NCBI GenBank assembly: GCA_951406725.2
Contig: OX597815.1
Span: 310,001 to 374,000, forward strand
Source of the DNA: Octopus vulgaris
Taxonomy: Eukaryota
Direction of reading: 5' to 3'
Length of the DNA stretch: 64,000 nt
Shown piece by piece: positions 57,321-64,000 of this stretch (positions are counted from its first letter, which is position 1; every line of letters starts with the position of its first letter). A program made the position numbers and the translations under genes. The notes under the pieces are model-generated. The model did not search any database. It had not been told where the DNA came from and saw nothing but the letters and a program-made list of their open reading frames with translations.

Positions 57321-57710
57321 TCTCTTTCTCTTTTACTTGTTTCAGTCATTTGACTGCGGCCATGCTGGAGCACCGCCTTTAGTCGAGCAAATCGACCCCA
57401 GGACTTATTCTTTGTAAGCCCAGTACTTATTCTATCGGTCTCTTTTGCCGAACCGCTAAGTGACGGGGACATAAACCAGCATCGGTTGTCAAGCAATGCT
57501 AGGGGGACAAACACAGACACACACACTTATATATATATACATATATACGACAGGCTTCTTTCAGTTTCCGTCTACCAAATCCACTCACAAGGCATTGGTC
57601 GGCCCGGGGCTATAGCAGAAGACACTTGCCCAAGATGCCATGCAGTGGGACTGAACCCGGAACCATGTGGTTGGTTAGCAAGCTACTTACCACACAGCCA
57701 CTCCTGCGCC
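57321..57710 (-). mobile_element. Full-length young tRNA-SINE family 1
   Basis: Minus-strand head ggcgcaggagtggctgtgtggtaag...gggttcagtccc, CORE-like tcttgggcaagt, internal microsatellite and A-rich tail. Confidence 0.9.
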
Positions 57711-57859
57711 TATGATATATGTATGTATACACACACACACGTGTATATGTGTGTGTGTGTGTATATATATGTGTATCTATATATGTGTGTGTATGTACGT
57801 TTAAATATTTGTTGTGCAAGATTTTTTTTTTTATGTGAAGTCGTGTGTTGAAACAGATA

Positions 57860-57977
57860 TTGTTATATTTCGGAATGGTCATATTGCCAGTTTAGCCAAT
57901 AAAAACACACGCCCTATATATAGTGCGTGTGTTTTTATTGGCTAAACTGGCAATATGACCATTCCGAAATATAACAA
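57860..57977. repeat. 118-bp palindrome with one mismatch and no spacer
   Basis: Arms were paired base by base; the only mismatch is 57913/57924; centre TATATATA. Confidence 0.95.
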
Positions 57978-57985
57978 AATGTGTG

Positions 57986-58032
<47 letters not shown>

Positions 58033-58319
58033 GAGCAAACCCCTACATCCCCTGTTCAATGGACGGTGCTGAGTTGTGAAATATTTTAACCAAATTTTCT
58101 CAAAACTTTTCATTAAAAAATAATTAAGCATGCCTTTATTTCAATAAAATTTTTGGTTTTGTTAAACGAAGTTAAGGCAAAAAAAAAACTTAAGAAACCA
58201 AATAGTCTTTCCTTCCTTCATGCCAAGTTTTAAGAAAATATCTCTTTTGCATCTTACTTTTTTGGTCTCTTAAATATACTGCATTTTGTGGCATTATTTC
58301 AAGGAAGGCTAATCATGAT

Positions 58320-59523
58320 GATAGCTTTTGTGTGCGGCAGATGCACAGGCAATAAACACTGAAGATGCTCAGAAAACAGATTCCATCACGTGCCAGGGAT
58401 AGAAACTAGAAATAGTTGATAGCTTCCACTACTTAGGCAACCAAGTCTGTAGTGGGGGTGGATGCTCTTGAGTGTTACCACTAGAATAAGAATAGCCTGG
58501 GCAAAGTTCAGAAAGCTTCTACTTCTGCTGGGGACAAAGGGCCTCTCTCTCAGAGTGAAAGGCAGATTTTATGATGCCTGTGTGTGAACAGCCATGCTAC
58601 ATGGCAGTGAAACATGGGCTGTGACAGCTGAGGACCTGCATAGGCTTGAAAGAAATGAAGCCAGTATGCTTTGCTGGATGTGCAATGTCAGTGTGCGTGT
58701 ACGAGAGTGTAAGCATCTTGAGAGAAAAGTTAAGAGGCATCAGATGTGGTGTGCAAGAGAGACGACTGAACTGGTATGGTCATGTGCTGCGTATGGATGA
58801 GGAGAGATATGTGAAGAAGTGTCATTCCCTAACAGTCAAATGAACTCGTGGAAGAAGGAGACCCAGGAAGACATGGGTAGAGGCAATGACGAGAAACCGA
58901 GACCTCTGGAGATATGCTGTACTTGAGAAGACCTGGCAAGTAAAGTGAGATCACAGCTGTAGCCTATACCAGTGTTGCATAACCAGCCCATTTAAAAAAG
59001 TAGCTTTGAATTGTTGGGTGACCCCCCATGCTGGAGGAGACCTACTGAGTCAAGTAAAACCCAAAATCAAAATCAAAATGGAAATTGTAGTTGTGGCTGA
59101 TGCCAGTTCCACCTGACTGGCTCCCATGCTGGTGGCATGCAATTAGCACTATTCATGCATGGGTTGTTGCCAGTCCCACCTGACTGGCTCCACATGCTGG
59201 TGGCACATAAAAAGCACCATTTAAATGTGGGCGATGCTAGCACCCCCCCCCGCTGACTGGCTCCTGTGCTGGTAGCACGTAAAAATCACCATCCAAACGT
59301 GGCCAATTCCAGTGCGACCAGACTGGCTCCCCCTTGCCGGTGGCACGTAAAAAGCACCCACTACACTTGGAGAGGTTGGCGTTAGGAAGGGAATTCATCT
59401 GTAGAAACATTGCCAGATCAGATTGAAGTCTGGTGCAGCGTCCTGACCTGCCAGTCCCCAGTCAAACTGTCCAACCCATGCCAGCATGGAAAATAGACAT
59501 TAATTAATGATGATGATGATGAT
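58320..59523 (+). mobile_element. RTE LINE 3' fragment with array and tail
   Basis: MLHGSETWAVTAEDL and WYGHVLRM; five array units; (GAT)n. Confidence 0.88.
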
Positions 59524-59534
59524 ACATTACTCAC

Positions 59535-60235
59535 CTGCCATATCTTGATTTTCTCTGGTACACTGATTTGCAATCCTAAACAACTCATGCCTCTGATTCT
59601 AATGATGTAGAAGATTTGCAAATCTCTTTCCTTCAGGTACTCCTTTTGCTATGTATACCTGACGCCTACCTGCCCTTTTGGCTACCTGATATAATTCTCT
59701 GCTTTCACTGTTTCTCCAATCTTTCCAGGCCTGTCTTTTGGCTTTTATAATGCTGTCAACCTCCTTGCTCCACCACCATGTCACCCTTGGTCTAGCTGGG
59801 AATCTGCACCAACCACAGATTTCGTCTGTAGCTCTCAGTAGGTTGTCCCACAGGAACTTCCAAGTGACCTCTAAGCTGTGTGTCCTCAACTCTTCCTCTC
59901 TCTCATCAGAAGCTTGCATAAGTAAATCTCTAAATTTTTGTCTGTTTGCTGGGTTGTTGAGCTTCCATAGTCTTCTTTTCCAGATTGGTTTACTTCTTTG
60001 AGTCTTTCTAGCTCTAAATCTGAAGTCACTAACTAGTGACCTATGTTCGGTTTTACACTCTTCTCCTGGGGAAGACTTTGTATTTTTAAGCATCCATCTA
60101 TCTCATTGCCTGGTGCAGAGGGAGTCAATCTGGCTTATGTGCTCCCCAGACTGATTAGTGATTAGGTGGCTGGTTTTTTGGAATTAGTGTTGCAGATTAT
60201 GAGATCATTTGCATCATAGAACTCTGGCAGTCTTG
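59535..60235 (-). mobile_element. RTE LINE endonuclease end and linker fragment
   Basis: PGEECKTEHRSLVSDF and RVTWWWSKEV. Confidence 0.8.
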
Positions 60236-60239
60236 TTCA

Positions 60240-60564
60240 ACAAGGTTTTTCCCTCTTTCTCAAAGTCTGTCATCACTTTCAAGACAGTACTTCTTGATAC
60301 ACCAAACTTTTCAGCTGTTTTTAGTATGCTAGCACCTGCCATACAAGCACTAACAATTTGACCTCTTTGAAAGTCTAATAGATCTGTCATTTTAATGAAT
60401 TTTAATTACCTTTTTCTGATGATATCTGAAAAGAAACAGCAATTTTAGCAAAACATATTAAGCAACACTAATAATAAATAAAAAAACATAAAAATAAGCT
60501 TTTGATGGTTTTATAGATACTTCAAAATTATGATGCTATGTGTTTCAATTATTTTGTCCAACCC

Positions 60565-60567
<3 letters not shown>
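60240..60567 (-). mobile_element. Tc1-like 5' fragment
   Basis: TA|caggggttggacaaaataa terminus; MTDLLDFQRGQIVSACMAGASILKTAEKFGVSRSTV HTH from 60390. Confidence 0.8.
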
Positions 60568-60600
<33 letters not shown>

Positions 60601-60602
<2 letters not shown>

Positions 60603-61376
60603 GGAGATTTCAACAAAAAAGCAAAAGACAGATAGGTGGTGTAGACAACAAACAAATGTATTAGTATAATGCTCGGGAAGTGAAAAAGTATTTAATGTTT
60701 TGAGCCTACGCTCTTCCACAGAAAGGAACACAAACAAAAACAAGGAGAGAAAATAAAGAATGTGTAGTGGCTAGCGAGCTATCATGGCGAATGCCGGACA
60801 GAAGGGTCACACAGGAGAGCAAGGGAGAAGGGGAGATAATAAAGTAGTGATGATTCCAAAATGAAGGTGCACGTGCGTGTGTATAAGAGAGTTTGTATGT
60901 GCATGTGGAAGAGGACTGGTGATCTTGACGTGTGTATGTGTGAAAATGTGGCTCTGGGAAGTGGTCAGTACTGATGTGTGTTGTGTTGTGTGGTATGGTG
61001 GTATAGTGGTGTGATGGTGTTGGGAGGTGAGAGTGGGGAAAGCAAGGGTGGGAGTAGAGGTGAAATATGTGGGTTGGTGGAGGGTGGTGTATGTGGGAGT
61101 GGATGTAAGGAATGGGGAATGTGTAGGGGTGGGTGGGTGGGCTTACAAGGGAGGGGTGACGATGAAGGGAGAAGGAGAAGGTGGGTAGGAGAGTAGGAGT
61201 CAGAGCAAGAGAGGAGAGGTGGGTGGGAGGAAGTAGGTATGAAGGGGAGAGAGGGGAGGAGAGTTGAGACTATGTGGCGCAAAGGAGCAAAGAGAGAAGA
61301 TTAATCCCTGTTCACAGCACAAACAGGAGTCCGGATGGCCCCTGTGCAAGGACAATCCGAACACAGACAGGTGTCT
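60601..61376 (-). mobile_element. 5'-truncated Penelope-like element: GIY-YIG C-terminus, pyrimidine-rich UTR and pLTR end
   Basis: HLSVFGLSLH...EQGLIFSLCSFAPHSLN resembles the PLE C-terminal EQxLIFxLxTxxPxGLN motif. Hammerhead-like motif at 60690-60727. Microsatellites on both sides. Confidence 0.7.
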
Positions 61377-61394
61377 ATACACACACACACACAC

Positions 61395-61970
61395 ACCATA
61401 TCATGTGAAGAACTGAATAGGTGACCTCAAATCAGTAGGTTTCCCCCCACTGGTCATCTTTTGACAATTCACAACACTATTAACCATTCCAAAATATTCC
61501 ATTTCCTTATTCTTGATGAACTTAACTCTTCTTCTCCATCCCTTCTCAATTACTAGAATTTTATTCTTATCTTTATTTTTATCTTTCTTTCATTTACTTA
61601 TTATTCTCCCCCCCCCACTTTTTTGCTTTCTTTCTTCCTTCTTGTACTTCGCCTTCTTTCTTTCTTCTTATCCTTCACCTTTCTTCCTTCTTTTTGTTCT
61701 TCCTTCTTCATATACACACATGCTTTTGTATTTAAAAAAAAATATATTTCCCTTTTTTGTGTATATATATATTTTTTTTTGTGTATATCATCATCATTGT
61801 AAGAAATTTTGTTTTGCTATCTAAGTAACCAGTAAAACATAGATTGTTCAGTTTGAACACAACTTTTTGAAGCTTCAAACTCATACCAGAGTCACTCAAT
61901 GTAGACAACAATATTATTAAAATAAAAGTTATCCCCTAAAAACCATCTCTACGCATTGTTGCAAATATAT
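61395..61970. repeat. Unclassified repeat, inverted homologue of 50870-51345
   Basis: Reverse-complement similarity read by eye. Confidence 0.75.
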
Positions 61971-62044
61971 AATACTGTACCAAGAACTTTCTTTTTATTT
62001 TACTACACACACACACACACACACACACACATGATGTTTGTATA

Positions 62045-62405
62045 GACATGGCTGTGTGGTTAAGAAGTAAGAAGCTTGCTTTTTAGCCTTGTGGTTTAGG
62101 GTTCAGACCCTTTGTACACCACCTAAGGCAAGTGTCTTCTAGCCCCAGGCCAACCTATACCTTGTGAGTGGATTTGGCAGATGGAAACTGTGTGGAACCA
62201 TTCTGTATGTGTGTTTGTGTTTGCTATCACCACCTGACAACTGGTGTTGGTTTGTTTATGCTTGTAATGTTGTTGATTACCAAAAGTGATCAATGAAATG
62301 AGTAGTTTTTGAAAGCAAGTGCTGAGGTTTTGATTTGTTCAGCTAAAAACTCTTGAAGCCAATGCACCAGCATGGCCACAATCAATGACTGAAACAAGTA
62401 AGAGG
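62045..62405 (+). mobile_element. Old tRNA-SINE family 1 copy
   Basis: Head catggctgtgtggttaag and tail gactgaaacaagtaa. Confidence 0.75.
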
Positions 62406-62419
62406 ACATATGTGTGTGC

Positions 62420-62736
62420 GTAGAAGGTTGAAAAAGAACACGAGTTGATATGTATAAGGAAAATAAGACAAGGTTAGAAAATGCTAAAATAATTTAATCA
62501 TGAAAAACATTTTGGTCCAGGTTTCAGTCACTGTGACTTTTTCAACTTGAAAAACAATTAAATTGTGGAAAAATGAAATGAAATGTTTTTTTTTTTAAAT
62601 ATATATTTCCATAGTTTTCAAATGCTAGGGAGATTTTCCTTTTTTCTATCTGTCTCTGTCTTCCCTTTTAACTCTTGTGGGTTCTAGGTAGTTAGCAGCA
62701 GCTAGTTTGATATGAATTCTTGTCTTTGATTGATTA

Positions 62737-62768
<32 letters not shown>

Positions 62769-64000
62769 AGAAAGGAGGCAGTGGAGAAGATGAAGAAGAA
62801 AAGAATGCGGGAGTGGTATGACAGCAGGATGTGATAGAATCCACTTGAATGGTCAAGTGACCGAAAAGGGACTGGTTGAGGATGATAGTAGTGATTGAAA
62901 TCATTCTGAATAAATTCTTGAGGCAACTGTTTTGAATATATCATTTTTAATATTTGTGTGGGTGTTATTCTAAGGCCCTAGTGACAGTGTCATTTACTGT
63001 GGATGCATTCAAAAGGGGTTGGTATTTTGTATTGTCCCTGAATTGATAGAGGGGAAAGATTCTGAAGCTTGGTTGTTTGTTATTGGTGCAAATGTCGATA
63101 TGTTTGCTGAATGCTATTTTTCTGTTTTTTCTGAATTTTGATCTGGGACCTGTGCAGAGCCATCCTTTGATGTAGACTGTTTTTGGTTTGGTCTATGTAT
63201 TGGTCTCGATTCCGAGAGCAGGTTAATATGTATGTCAGGTTCTCCAAAGCACATGTGCAGTTGCTTTTCACTGTGAAATGTTGACCTTGTTTGAAAGAGA
63301 ACTCTGATCCCTCAATTAGATTGATGCATATACCACAGTTAGGTCTTCCACATTTTTTTTTACTGACGGCTTCAGTGTTGTTGTTGAGCATACTCGGGCT
63401 TGTGTTAGAGTTTTCATAGATTTAGGCTGTATCTTGCTTTTTATGATGGTGTGCATTTGGAAAATTAAATTCATTTTGTGGTCCCTTTTTAGTAGGGGAA
63501 TGTTTTGGAGGATGGTGTCAAAGGCTTCATTGTTAAGAAGGTTATGTGTGGAGATGTATGGTAGGGCTTTTGGTTGTAAATCCCTTTAATTTAGGTTGTC
63601 TAAGTTTGTGGATATTGAGTTGTAGGGCATGTTGAAAGTGGGTAGTTGCTGGTAATGAGTGTATCCTTTAGTTCATGTAGTCATGTGTCCCTGGTGCTTG
63701 ATTTAGAAACTATAGTACAAATCCTTTTTGCTAGGTTGAAAGGGATATTAGTTCTAGTGTGTCTGGGGTGACATGAGTTGAATGGCAGATATTGCTAGGA
63801 GTCCGTTGGCTTATAGTATATATCTGTTTCTATTTCGTTGTTAGATTTCTTAATGAGGATGTTGAGGAAAGGAAGTTCTTGATAGCTATATTCCATCGTG
63901 AATTGAATGTTTACATCAAATCCATTTATAAGAGCTTGAAATTCTTTAAGTCTCTCTATACTTTCATGCCAAAGAATGAAACAGTCATCCAGGTATCTCT
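62420..64000 (-). mobile_element. Penelope-like retroelement (RT C-terminal half plus GIY-YIG endonuclease), pseudogenised, running off the window
   Basis: RYLDDCFILW, IQFTME, LPFLNI, DIYYKPTDS*QYLPFNSCHP; CGRPNCGIC...NLTYILTC...QYIDQT...RMALH; KYQPLLN. Confidence 0.9.

Noticed and set aside
57640-57710. tRNA genes
   Set aside because: The A/B-box regions are SINE heads that continue into SINE bodies; I see no complete cloverleaf.

Overview
Eukaryotic, AT-rich, microsatellite- and transposon-dense DNA. It is most likely a coleoid cephalopod (Octopus-like); this is inferred from the SINE and LINE repertoire and is not proven. The only host gene I can support is GOLPH3 (+ strand): an internal 247-nt exon (32944-33190), the terminal coding exon (39148-39572) and a probable ~2.7-kb 3'UTR. 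I did not find exon 1, so the first ~33 kb is probably intron. The rest is decayed mobile DNA: dozens of RTE-clade LINE fragments ending in (GAT)n, a Gypsy LTR element with three nested insertions, three mariners, two maT/DD37D relics, two Tc1 relics, a pogo element, a piggyBac derivative plus a TTAA MITE family, a Helitron, two tRNA-SINE families, a CR1/L2-like LINE and Penelope-like elements. I found no clear-cut new biological system. The best leads are a variable ~61-bp hairpin array in the RTE 3'UTR, apparent (TA)n/CAT-directed RTE insertion, a 28-bp inverted templated insertion, decayed minimal hammerhead-like motifs in Penelope 3' ends and a 118-bp spacerless palindrome. Boundaries of degraded repeats are approximate and were read by eye.
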